Source: Hyphomicrobiales bacterium (GTDB taxonomy: Bacteria; Pseudomonadota; Alphaproteobacteria; Rhizobiales; Methyloligellaceae). Taken from it: a stretch of DNA of 64,000 nt. The notes under the pieces are model-generated. The model saw nothing but the letters and a program-made list of their open reading frames with translations. It did not search any database and was not told the DNA's origin. A program made the position numbers and the translations under genes. Position 1 is the stretch's first letter; every line of letters starts with the position of its first letter. The stretch lies in NCBI GenBank assembly GCA_021775555.1, contig JAJFHP010000046.1:10639-74638 (forward strand), written 5' to 3'. Positions 46,407 to 55,768 of this stretch are shown here, one piece after another.

Positions 46407-47330
46407 ATGGCGAGGGCTGCTCTGACACGAACCGGAAATCTCAATCGAACCTATGCGGGTGCAATTGCGCCCAAATCAGGGGCGGTGGGCTCCTTGCTGT
46501 CCCAATACTCGCTGCGCCTTGGCGATACGCTGCTGCGCCACCGCGCCGAGCTTGCCGAGCGCGCATCACGTATCGAAGCGGAGATGGCCAGCCAGGTAAA
46601 ATCTGAGTTTATCGCCAATATCAGCCACGAATTACGGACACCGCTCAACTCAATCCTCGGCTTCTCAAAAATGCTCAAGGGGTTTGAAGGCATGCCACTT
46701 GAACCCGCCCAGGTCACCGAGTATGCGGAATTCATTCTTGGCTCGGCTGAAAACCTGCTGGGGGTTGTCAACGACATCATCACGATTTCGAAGCTTCAAT
46801 CGGGAAAATTCAGTTTCAATATCGACGATGTCGACATGGATGAATTGCTCCGCCCATGCATCGCATGGACGGAAGAGCGTGTTGCCGAGACTCACCAGAA
46901 ATTTATTCCTCGCATAGAGGAAAACCTGCCGCTGATTTCAGCCGATCCCGAACAACTCAAGGACGTAGTCATGCGACTGCTGGCCAACGCCGTCAGCTTT
47001 ACGCCCGAAGGCGGCACCATAGCACTGACCGCCAAGCTGGCCTCGGCAGACAAAGCAATGATTTGCATTTCGGATAATGGCGTCGGCATGTCGGCTGAAG
47101 ATATCACGATTGCTCTCACGGCTTTCGGCCAGGTCGATAACCGACACGACAGACAGCATGAGGGCACCGGGCTCGGTCTTCCCATCGCCAAGGCTCTTAC
47201 CGAGTTACAGGATGGAAAATTCTTGATCCGAAGCGAGAGTGGCAGGGGCACTGACGTGATCCTGCTATTCAACCTGGCGGCCGCATCACACAAAAAATCA
47301 GGCACACTGGAGCAACAACATGTCGAGTGA
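46407..47330 (+). CDS. soluble histidine kinase (HisKA + HATPase_c), no sensor domain, no adjacent response regulator
   Basis: H-box FIANISHELRTPLNSILGFS, N-box LLANAVSFTPEGG, G1 DNGVGM, G2 GTGLGLPIAK. No TM segments. About 60 aa precede the DHp domain. Confidence 0.85.
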   Translation: MARAALTRTGNLNRTYAGAIAPKSGAVGSLLSQYSLRLGDTLLRHRAELAERASRIEAEMASQVKSEFIANISHELRTPLNSILGFSKMLKGFEGMPLEPAQVTEYAEFILGSAENLLGVVNDIITISKLQSGKFSFNIDDVDMDELLRPCIAWTEERVAETHQKFIPRIEENLPLISADPEQLKDVVMRLLANAVSFTPEGGTIALTAKLASADKAMICISDNGVGMSAEDITIALTAFGQVDNRHDRQHEGTGLGLPIAKALTELQDGKFLIRSESGRGTDVILLFNLAAASHKKSGTLEQQHVE

Positions 47331-49239
47331 AGTAAACTCATCCGGGGTGTCCACGGTACAATATATTCAAAATGCAATCGGTCGCATCGTTTCCGTTACC
47401 GGATCCCAGGCTGTGGTGATGCTTGATCAGGAAACAGATTCTCCTGTCGGCAAGCGCGCTGAACTCGGCGCCATCCTGAAAATCGATACACCCAGCTCAA
47501 TCCTGCTCGGGCTGGTCTCGGCCCTGAGTATCCCCGTGCCATCACAAAAGGAAGGAGAGCCGGATATCCGTGTCGCGGAACTTGAACTGATCGGTCAGCT
47601 CATCAAGGAGGAAGACGGCAGTATCGGCGCATTTCTTCGTGGCGTTTCCGGTTATCCCTCGCTTGGAGATATGGTCGATACGGCCACGGGGGAAGAGCTC
47701 AGACGCGCCTATATGTGGGATGACCAGCAGGCCGTATCCATCGGTACACTGATGCAGGACCGCACCATTCCCGCCATGGTCCATGTAGACGAGTTACTGG
47801 GTAAGCATTGCGCCATTCTTGGCAGCACGGGAACGGGTAAATCTTGTGGCGTTGCCATCGTTCTGCGCGCCATTCTCGAGAAAAACAATCAGGCGCATAT
47901 TCTCCTGCTTGATCCGCATAACGAATATACGCATTGCTTTGGCGCATCAGCGGAAGTGATTACGCCCGATGACCTGCAATTGCCTTTCTGGTTGCTGACA
48001 TTCGAGGAGTTGGTGGAAGTTGTTCTTGGGTCCATGACCAACAAGACCAACGCCGTGGAAATCCTGGCCGAACTCATTCCCATCGCGAAATCGCGTTATG
48101 CCGCGAACCGGGGCCGCGAGAGCGGCTCTGTTCTTAAACGAGGCGTTGGGCAGACCGGCTCCTTCACCGTCGATACACCAGTTCCCTACCGCGTATCCGA
48201 CCTCATGGCGATGATCGACGAACGTATGGGGCGACTGGAAAATCGCGGTGATGTGGCGCCCTACCGGCAACTAAAAACCCGCATCGAGGCCATCTCCGGC
48301 GACCCGCGTTATGCATTTATGTTCGGCAGCCTCACGGTACAGGACCATATGGCGCAAATCGTCGGACGCCTGTTCCGCGTGCCTGTGAATAACAAGCCGA
48401 TCTGCATCCTGGAGTTGACCGGGGTGCCATCTGAAATTGTCAATGTGGTGGTTTCTGTTATTTGCCGGATGACTTTTGACTTCGCACTGTGGAGCGGCGG
48501 CGCCGTGCCGGTCACACTGGTGTGTGAGGAAGCTCACAGATATGTACCCAATAATCCCGATTTGGGTTTTGAGCCAACAAGACGCGCCATCGCACGTATC
48601 GCCAAGGAGGGACGCAAATATGGCGTATCCCTCTGCGTCGTCTCCCAACGCCCATCAGAACTCGACTCGACCATTTTATCGCAATGCAACACGGTCTTTT
48701 CCATGCGCATGTCGAATGACCGGGACCAGGATTTCGTGCGTTCGGCCATATTTGATACCGCAGCAAGCTTACTGGACTTCCTGCCCTCAATGGGTCCGCG
48801 CGAAGCGATTGTGTTCGGTGATGGGGTAACCCTTCCTGGCCGCATCCATTTTGCTGATCTGCCTGAGCATGCGTTGCCGCGCAGCCGCACCGCCTGCTTT
48901 ACAGAGATGTGGCAGCTGGAAGAGGGCAAAGCGCTCGATCTTGACGACGTGGTAGAGCGCTGGCGCGCGGCAGATTCACCCAAATTGCATACCGGTGTGC
49001 TTGCACATGAGTCGGAGCCAGTGGCTGGCGATGCCATTCATGGTGCGAGTGACATGCCGCCGGCGCAGCCACAACCTCCGGCGCAGCCGCAGCCACAGCC
49101 GCAACCGGCCCCTCAGCACATGGCGCAACCGGGTCAATATCCAGCCCAGCAATCCTTGCAGCAGCCGGCCGGACCCGCGCCTGCACAGCCCCAGCATTCC
49201 CTGGCACAGCCGACAAATGGCCAGATCCCTCGGCGCTGA
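47320..49239 (+). CDS. HerA/FtsK-superfamily (DUF87-type) ATPase with Pro/Gln-rich tail
   Basis: N-terminal barrel-like GRIVSVTGSQAVVMLD. Walker A LGSTGTGKS, LLLDPHNEY, Walker B-type LVCEEAHRY, SQRPSELD. Its ATG overlaps the kinase stop by 11 nt. Confidence 0.8.
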   Translation: MSSEVNSSGVSTVQYIQNAIGRIVSVTGSQAVVMLDQETDSPVGKRAELGAILKIDTPSSILLGLVSALSIPVPSQKEGEPDIRVAELELIGQLIKEEDGSIGAFLRGVSGYPSLGDMVDTATGEELRRAYMWDDQQAVSIGTLMQDRTIPAMVHVDELLGKHCAILGSTGTGKSCGVAIVLRAILEKNNQAHILLLDPHNEYTHCFGASAEVITPDDLQLPFWLLTFEELVEVVLGSMTNKTNAVEILAELIPIAKSRYAANRGRESGSVLKRGVGQTGSFTVDTPVPYRVSDLMAMIDERMGRLENRGDVAPYRQLKTRIEAISGDPRYAFMFGSLTVQDHMAQIVGRLFRVPVNNKPICILELTGVPSEIVNVVVSVICRMTFDFALWSGGAVPVTLVCEEAHRYVPNNPDLGFEPTRRAIARIAKEGRKYGVSLCVVSQRPSELDSTILSQCNTVFSMRMSNDRDQDFVRSAIFDTAASLLDFLPSMGPREAIVFGDGVTLPGRIHFADLPEHALPRSRTACFTEMWQLEEGKALDLDDVVERWRAADSPKLHTGVLAHESEPVAGDAIHGASDMPPAQPQPPAQPQPQPQPAPQHMAQPGQYPAQQSLQQPAGPAPAQPQHSLAQPTNGQIPRR

Positions 49240-49319
49240 GTTGTTTAGATCCTTGTAAGCTCTCGGCATGACATCGGCGTTTATATTCCCTCGCCATAAC
49301 CCATCCTGACGTCTCGCTA

Positions 49320-50150
49320 TCACAACGGTAAGGCAAACATCATGCCTGACCAGATTTCTGAATCAGGCTTGCAAATCGTATCGCTTACTTTCTGCGGAAC
49401 CTCATCGCTGTTAGCGTGGAATTTGCCTAGATGATTGACCGCTCGCTTCAGGTTTATTTCCCTTCCGAGATACTGGTAGAGAACCCGGCCACAGCCGATG
49501 CGGCGATCGTCGCGCGTCGAAACGCCCAGATTCAATCCGGACAACCAGGTCACCCGATTGCGATTTCCAGGGTAGAGTACGGTTTGCGAGATCTCCTCCC
49601 GCTTCAAAGTGTCGTATTCGATGACGTAGAGGCGATCATGCAAAAACAGCAGATAGCCGAGATATTTGCATAGGAATGGCCCTGATTCATCGCTATCCGG
49701 CTCATGAAAACGTTCCATTCGCTTTGACAGCATACGGTCATCTTCCTGCCAGAAACTAACCAGGGATTTCTGCAACATATTCGTATCGGAATAAGAGTAT
49801 CGATAGGCAAAATAGTAGCCGGCATATCGCTCCGCATCAGAACGAGATGCGGCAAATACACTATCAACATGTTCCGTGAGAGGGACGTTGCTGACAGCTT
49901 CCAATGAACCCCTGCGCGGCTTCAGCGAAACCAGCTCACGAAATTCATCCGGCGGCAGTAGCAACTCATAATCTTCGACGCCAAAAAAATTGCAGATTCT
50001 CTGAAGCGTATGCCGGGATGGCATGCTGCTGCCATTCAGGTATTTGTTGAACTGCTGCCGGTTGATATCCAGGCGGCGGCACACCTCAGCTACGGATTTG
50101 TAATAGCTGGTGAGCAATTTGAGATTTTCGGCAATTGCAGCTTCAGTCAT
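49320..50150 (-). CDS. XRE-family HTH regulator with approx. 200-aa uncharacterised C-terminal domain
   Basis: HTH: SVAEVCRRLDINRQQFNKYLNGSSMPSRHTLQRICNFFGV. Start at MTEAAIA (ATG 50150). I did not recognise the C-terminal domain. Confidence 0.75.
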   Translation of the reverse strand: MTEAAIAENLKLLTSYYKSVAEVCRRLDINRQQFNKYLNGSSMPSRHTLQRICNFFGVEDYELLLPPDEFRELVSLKPRRGSLEAVSNVPLTEHVDSVFAASRSDAERYAGYYFAYRYSYSDTNMLQKSLVSFWQEDDRMLSKRMERFHEPDSDESGPFLCKYLGYLLFLHDRLYVIEYDTLKREEISQTVLYPGNRNRVTWLSGLNLGVSTRDDRRIGCGRVLYQYLGREINLKRAVNHLGKFHANSDEVPQKVSDTICKPDSEIWSGMMFALPL

Positions 50151-50293
50151 ACCAGAACTCCGGTGAATCACGTCAACATTGATACACCAGGACCGCAAAC
50201 GAGTGAAGCTCTTTGACGCTTATATTGCTTCTATTAGCGTCTTCTTTTTGATAAAGCAATGTTGCGATGTGGGGGAATCCATAGTCATATCCC

Positions 50294-50320
50294 GTCACTG
50301 GCGTGCGGCGCGCCAGTGAC
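50294..50320. promoter_or_regulatory. perfect 10-bp inverted repeat just upstream of the aminotransferase RBS
   Basis: GTCACTGGCG-tgcggcg-CGCCAGTGAC, followed by AAAAGGAATATG. Confidence 0.35.
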
Positions 50321-50329
50321 AAAAGGAAT

Positions 50330-51733
50330 ATGAATATGGCCCAGAGTAATATTGGAATACCAGGTCAGTCCCCTGAATGTTCCGAGGGCGAATCCAATCT
50401 CAGTTCGCGCCGTCAGGCCTGGAACGAAAATCTTGGAGCCTCCACACGCAACGCCGTAACGAAAGACGCGGATTGTTTTATTCACCAAACCCCCTCCTCT
50501 CCCTGCCTCAGCGCCATTACGAAAGCAGAAGGTATCTGGATCGAGGATATGGACGGGCGTCGTTACATGGATTTCCATGGCAACAGTGTCCACCACATTG
50601 GATATGGGCATCCGCGGCTGAAAGCGGCCATTGCAAAGCAAATGGATGTTCTGCCCTTTGCTCCAAGGCGATTTGCGGCAGATGTGGCCACAGAGCTTGC
50701 CGAAAAGCTGGGTGACATTTCACCGGGCAACTTAAGCAAGGTGCTATTCACCACCGGCGGCTCGGACGCAATTGAGGTGGCGCTCAAGATCGCACGGGTG
50801 GCCACCGGACGCTTCAAGACCTTGTCCTTCTGGGATTCATTTCACGGCGCGGGCTTCGGTGCTTCCAGCATTGGCGGCGAACAATTGTTTCGTCTCGGAC
50901 CGATCGGCCCCCTTCTGCCGGGAGCGGAACATGTGCCTCCATTTGATTCTTACCGGAACCCGTTTGGCATAGAACATTCCCGCGATAATCCACACGATAG
51001 CGAAGTCGGCGATATGGTCGCAAACCTGATACGGTTCACGCTCCAAAAGGAAGGTGACGTTGCAGCCTTTATCGCCGAACCCAACCGGGCAGTACCATAT
51101 ATCTCGCCACCCGGTTTCTGGAAAAAGGTGCGTGCCGCATGTGATGAAGCCGGTGCTCTTCTGATCTTCGACGAGATACCGACAGGACTGGGAAAAACCG
51201 GACGCATGTTCGCATGCGACCACGACGATGTTGTTCCCGATATTCTGGTGATGGGGAAAGCCCTCGGCGGTGGCATTCTGCCAATAGCTGCGACGCTGTG
51301 CCGGCCCGAGCTTGATGTGTGCGCCGAGTTCGCGCTCGGTCACTATACCCATGAGAAAAACCCGGTGACATGCCGCGCAGCTCTTACCACCATCCAGATT
51401 ATAGAAGACGAAGGGATGGTGGAAAATGCGGCGACCGTGGGATCCTGGGCACTTGAACGCATGAATGACATGATGGACCGGCATATGGCCGTAGGTGATG
51501 TGCGTGGGCGCGGGTTCCTGCTTGGAATTGATCTGGTACAGGATAGATCCACGAAAGAGCCTGCCAAGGACCTTGCGGAAGAGGTTTTTTACCGTTGCCT
51601 CGAGAACGGACTCAGCTTCAAGATTTCCATGGGGTCAGTCATGTCCCTCTACCCGTCACTTGCCACCACCAGGGAACAGATGGAATCGGCCCTTGGAATT
51701 ATCGACACGGCACTTTCGGAGGCCTCTAACTGA
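50330..51733 (+). CDS. class-III (omega) aminotransferase
   Basis: GGSDAIEVALKIAR, FDEIPTGLGKTGRMFA, PLP-Lys region VMGKALGGG. Start ATG 50330 or 50336 (the ORF opens at GTG 50303). Confidence 0.88.
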   Translation: MNMAQSNIGIPGQSPECSEGESNLSSRRQAWNENLGASTRNAVTKDADCFIHQTPSSPCLSAITKAEGIWIEDMDGRRYMDFHGNSVHHIGYGHPRLKAAIAKQMDVLPFAPRRFAADVATELAEKLGDISPGNLSKVLFTTGGSDAIEVALKIARVATGRFKTLSFWDSFHGAGFGASSIGGEQLFRLGPIGPLLPGAEHVPPFDSYRNPFGIEHSRDNPHDSEVGDMVANLIRFTLQKEGDVAAFIAEPNRAVPYISPPGFWKKVRAACDEAGALLIFDEIPTGLGKTGRMFACDHDDVVPDILVMGKALGGGILPIAATLCRPELDVCAEFALGHYTHEKNPVTCRAALTTIQIIEDEGMVENAATVGSWALERMNDMMDRHMAVGDVRGRGFLLGIDLVQDRSTKEPAKDLAEEVFYRCLENGLSFKISMGSVMSLYPSLATTREQMESALGIIDTALSEASN

Positions 51734-52773
51734 TGACGGAACGCATCCGGGTTGTACGAACCGATATGGAGCTGGAGTGCACCAGTCTTGACGAGGCCTT
51801 GCGCGACCTTGGCGCTGAGCTGGTGCTGTTGCCGGAAGGTATCTCCGAAGATGACCTTGTAAACGAGACACGAAATGCCAGCCTCATTCTCATGTGCTAC
51901 ACGCCAATTACGGCGCGGGTCTTTAACGAGGCGACGTCCCTCAAAGGCATCGTGAAATATGGTGTCGGCATTGATGCCATAGACATCGAGGCCGCCAAGG
52001 CGCGGAAAGTTCCGGTGGTAAATGTGCCGGAATATGCCGAGGAGACGGTAGCTGAAGGTGCATTCGCGCTTCTGATTGCTCTGGCAAAAAAATTGCGTCC
52101 ACTCCAGAAAGCCATGGATGAGCATGGTTGGGTCTGGCCTTCACATGAATGGCTCGCGACCGACCTGTCGGGCAAAACACTCGGCCTGGTTGGCATGGGG
52201 CGTATCGGGCAAAGCATGGCGCGCATGGCCGGAAAAGGCTTCAATATGCGCATTCTTGCCTACAGTCCGCACACCAGCAAAGAAACACTTCGGCAACGCG
52301 GGGCAGAGAAGCGTGATAATCTGCACATGATGCTTGGCGAGTGTGATTTCGTTTCAATCCATGCCGTCCTGAATGATGAAACGCACCATCTGATTGACGC
52401 GTCCTGCTTCGAGGCCATGAAGCGCGAAGCGATATTCATCAATGCAGCACGTGGTGCGATTGTTAATGAAAGAGCATTGATGTGGGCCCTTCAAACAGAC
52501 CGGATTGCAGGAGCAGGTCTTGATGTCTTCGGCCATGAACCGCTCAACCTCTCGGACCACCCTCTCAGAGATCTGTTCACGATGGACAATGTGATCCTCA
52601 CCCCCCACCTCACCTTCTTTACAGCTGAGGCGATTGAGCGGCTTGAGGAAGATGCGCTCGCGCGTTGCGTTGAAATTCTTGAGGGCAAGCCGGTGCTGGT
52701 CAAATCGACAGACCCGCGTCTGAGAGGGCAGAGCCACGGCGTGGTGTTCAGGGAAATGAATTCGGACAATTGA
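51733..52773 (+). CDS. D-isomer-specific 2-hydroxyacid dehydrogenase family protein
   Basis: GLVGMGRIGQSMARMA NAD fold, NAARG, LDVFGHEP, PHLTFFT. TGATG overlap with the aminotransferase gene. Confidence 0.85.
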   Translation: MTERIRVVRTDMELECTSLDEALRDLGAELVLLPEGISEDDLVNETRNASLILMCYTPITARVFNEATSLKGIVKYGVGIDAIDIEAAKARKVPVVNVPEYAEETVAEGAFALLIALAKKLRPLQKAMDEHGWVWPSHEWLATDLSGKTLGLVGMGRIGQSMARMAGKGFNMRILAYSPHTSKETLRQRGAEKRDNLHMMLGECDFVSIHAVLNDETHHLIDASCFEAMKREAIFINAARGAIVNERALMWALQTDRIAGAGLDVFGHEPLNLSDHPLRDLFTMDNVILTPHLTFFTAEAIERLEEDALARCVEILEGKPVLVKSTDPRLRGQSHGVVFREMNSDN

Positions 52774-52827
52774 GTACTGCAGCCTGACGGCCTTGCTGGG
52801 ACATCCCACTTATCAGTGCTTGATACC

Positions 52828-53598
52828 CTAGGCCGCTCCCCAGCTTGACTCGGTAATATCGGAGCCCAGCTTTTTGGCCGCCTCCAGCAAGACATCGACA
52901 TGGCCCAAAGCATCCTTCAAACCCAACCGCACAACCGGCGCGTGGATGGCAAGCCCGGCGACAAACCTGCCGACGGCATCGTTGATCGGCACCGCGATCG
53001 CAATCATTCCTTCGAGGAATTCCTCATTGTCGGTGCTCACACCAGTTTGGGAAATCTCCGCGAGAGCAACTTCAAGCTTTTTCCGATCCGTAATCGTATT
53101 CGGTGTCAGCTTTTCCAGATCGATCGTGTTCAGCAATCGTTGCCTCTGCACCGCCGGTAAAGTGCTGAGATAGAGTTTTCCGTTGGCAGTGCAGTGAAGT
53201 GGTACATGTGCACCGATGGACAATTGATGCCGCAGTGGCCACTTCGTTTCAACACGGTCCCAGTAGACCATCCTCGCACCATCGGGAATGGCGATGTTAC
53301 ACGTCTCCCCGATCTCCTGTGCGACAGACTCCAGAACCGCATGGCGGAGCGCATTGTGAGTCTGGTTGGCGTGAACCAGGTTTGCAAAATCGATGATCTT
53401 GGGCCCCAGGACATAGCCGCTGGCGCCAATCTGCTGGCGCAAATAGCCCCGCTCTACAAGCAATCCGCAAATCCGGTGCAACGTGGCTCGCGGTAAATCA
53501 CAAGCCTTCATCAGATCGCTTGAGCGCATGGGCCGATCAGCCTTGGCCACCGCCTCAAGTATATTCATGGCCCTGATCGACCGGGATTGCCTTGCCAC
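52828..53598 (-). CDS. IclR-family transcriptional regulator
   Basis: N-terminal wHTH (RAMNILEAVAKADRPMRSSDLMKACDLPRATLHRICGLLVERGYL) plus an IclR effector-domain layout. Confidence 0.88.
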   Translation of the reverse strand: MARQSRSIRAMNILEAVAKADRPMRSSDLMKACDLPRATLHRICGLLVERGYLRQQIGASGYVLGPKIIDFANLVHANQTHNALRHAVLESVAQEIGETCNIAIPDGARMVYWDRVETKWPLRHQLSIGAHVPLHCTANGKLYLSTLPAVQRQRLLNTIDLEKLTPNTITDRKKLEVALAEISQTGVSTDNEEFLEGMIAIAVPINDAVGRFVAGLAIHAPVVRLGLKDALGHVDVLLEAAKKLGSDITESSWGAA

Positions 53599-53646
53599 CT
53601 GTTACCTCACGCGCCGTCAAATGGGATTCATGAGTTCTGATACCGG

Positions 53647-55047
53647 CTACTGATGCTGGAACACACCTGCACCTTCATGCACGAGCAGGATGGTAGAGAG
53701 TTCAGGCACGAGCGCGATAATGAACCAGACGACAAGCAGCGCCAACAGATACGGCATTGTGTATTTGAGCAATCGGAAATAGGGAATGCCCGTAATACCG
53801 CTGGCGACATAGAGGTTCAGGCCATATGGCGGGGTAATGAAACCGATGGCATCGCCGACCAGGAACACCACCGCGAAATGAATCGGGTCGACACCGGTTT
53901 GAGCTGCAATCGGCGCCAGGATTGGTGCCAGAATAATCGTATTGGGAAGGCTCTCGAGAATGGTCCCGGCCATCAGCACCAGCGCCATGCACGCAAACAG
54001 AACGGCATAATAATCGCCTAACCCACCAATTGCTGCGGTCACAAATGCCTTCGCACCCAGCAGTGTCAGTATCTGCTGCATGACCACCGAGACGGCAATC
54101 AGTGGCGCGAGAAGACCTGTGATCTGACCTGAACGCATGATCAGGTCTGGGAGCTCCTTGATATGGAAACCGGGCACGACAATACGCTCAAGAAAACCTG
54201 TACTGTCACTGTATTCCTCGGCTTTTTCGAGCGTCTTTTTCGACGCACCTTTGTGCAGACTCCTGTAAATCGGATAAAAAATCACACCGATAATTGCGCA
54301 GAAACCAGCCGTGACACCGGCTGCTTCCGTTGGGGAGAACTTGCCGGAATAGATGCCCCAGATCACCAGTAAGATGGCGCCGAAACCGATCCAGGCGCCA
54401 ATACCGGTCTTTATCATCCTGAGCAAATTGAGCGAAATCAGGTGGCCCCAGCCGTTATACTGGCAAACAACCCAGCAGGTTATCTGCATGGCCAAAACCA
54501 TCAGCAGGCCCGGCAACAGTCCACCGACAAACAGATCGCTGATGGAAAGGTTCAGTAAAAATCCGTAGACGATGAAAATGATACTCGGCGGGATGATGAT
54601 GCCGACGGTACCGCCAGCAGCCACAGTCGCTGCAGCGAAGTTGGTATCATAGCCGCCTTCCTCCATCTCCGGATGCATGATCGAGCCAATGGTGGCTGTT
54701 GTCGCCGAATTTGATCCCGATATGGCTGCAAACAGGCCACAAGCCCCAAGCGCCGCCATTCCGAGGCCGCCCCTGAGCCAGCCCAGACAGGAATAGGCAA
54801 AATCAGAAAGGCGCTTGGCGATACCGGCGCCCTTGATCAGGTCGCCTGTCAGGATAAACAGCGGCAGCGCCAACAGACCGAAGAAGTTCAGGCCCTCATA
54901 GAGGGTGACCCCGATATTGGCGAGGGTGAAATCGATCACCAGCGAAACGCCTATGACCCAGAATCCGATGACGAGAAAAATCGGAACGCCAATCACAAAC
55001 AGCACTGTAACGCCGAGTGAAATCAGGATGATCAGAGTATTTTCCAT
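53647..55047 (-). CDS. dctM: TRAP transporter large permease
   Basis: 466 aa, polytopic, DctM-like (LALPLFILTGDL, GSNSATTATIG, PPSIIFIVYG). Confidence 0.9.
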   Translation of the reverse strand: MENTLIILISLGVTVLFVIGVPIFLVIGFWVIGVSLVIDFTLANIGVTLYEGLNFFGLLALPLFILTGDLIKGAGIAKRLSDFAYSCLGWLRGGLGMAALGACGLFAAISGSNSATTATIGSIMHPEMEEGGYDTNFAAATVAAGGTVGIIIPPSIIFIVYGFLLNLSISDLFVGGLLPGLLMVLAMQITCWVVCQYNGWGHLISLNLLRMIKTGIGAWIGFGAILLVIWGIYSGKFSPTEAAGVTAGFCAIIGVIFYPIYRSLHKGASKKTLEKAEEYSDSTGFLERIVVPGFHIKELPDLIMRSGQITGLLAPLIAVSVVMQQILTLLGAKAFVTAAIGGLGDYYAVLFACMALVLMAGTILESLPNTIILAPILAPIAAQTGVDPIHFAVVFLVGDAIGFITPPYGLNLYVASGITGIPYFRLLKYTMPYLLALLVVWFIIALVPELSTILLVHEGAGVFQHQ

Positions 55048-55059
55048 CGATCCGCCCCC

Positions 55060-55578
55060 TCACTCGCCAAATATGTTGGCTTTGACCTTCAGCGGCTCGC
55101 CTTTGCGATAGCACGCCAGATCATACATGACATTTTGAAGCACGCGGAAGATGAGCAGTGAGAAGGCCAGCGGTGTTGCGAGATAGAACCACCATTGAAG
55201 TACGTCATCTGTGCCCTGAACAATCGCAAAATTGTCCCGGGCCAGCATCACCTGTTCGGCAGAATATATGATGACGATGACAGCAAAGATGATCCACAGC
55301 ATCGCGTCCAGCATCAGGCATGCAAACTGAGCCGGATAAGGCATGCGGGTGCGAAGCTCGTCAAATTTGAGGTGGGCGCGAATCTTGACGTTATAGGTAC
55401 AGCCAATCCAGCACACCCAGAGAAACAGATAAATGGGGATGGTGCTGCTCCACGCAGCTTGTTCATTGAACAAGAATCGGCGGATGACCTCGACGAAAAT
55501 AATCGCCGCCATCGCCACATAATTCACAAGAATTATGACTTTCTCGATATTCTCATCGAGCCATCGCAGAATAAACAT
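55060..55578 (-). CDS. dctQ: TRAP transporter small permease
   Basis: 172 aa from ATG 55578, 4 TM, directly upstream of dctM. Confidence 0.8.
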   Translation of the reverse strand: MFILRWLDENIEKVIILVNYVAMAAIIFVEVIRRFLFNEQAAWSSTIPIYLFLWVCWIGCTYNVKIRAHLKFDELRTRMPYPAQFACLMLDAMLWIIFAVIVIIYSAEQVMLARDNFAIVQGTDDVLQWWFYLATPLAFSLLIFRVLQNVMYDLACYRKGEPLKVKANIFGE

Positions 55579-55768
55579 TGCCCCTCCCTCGACGATCCAG
55601 TCGCACTTCCAACCCTGGTTCGACTTACAAAAAGTTCCTCTCAATACCTTACCGGCAACCCCGAGCTATGTCTTCAGTTGAAAGGAGAGTGCGTGAGGGC
55701 ATCTACCCCCACACACTCTACCAGATGAGCAGATGTCTCCACTCACTTCTTCACTCCCGGGAGGAGGA

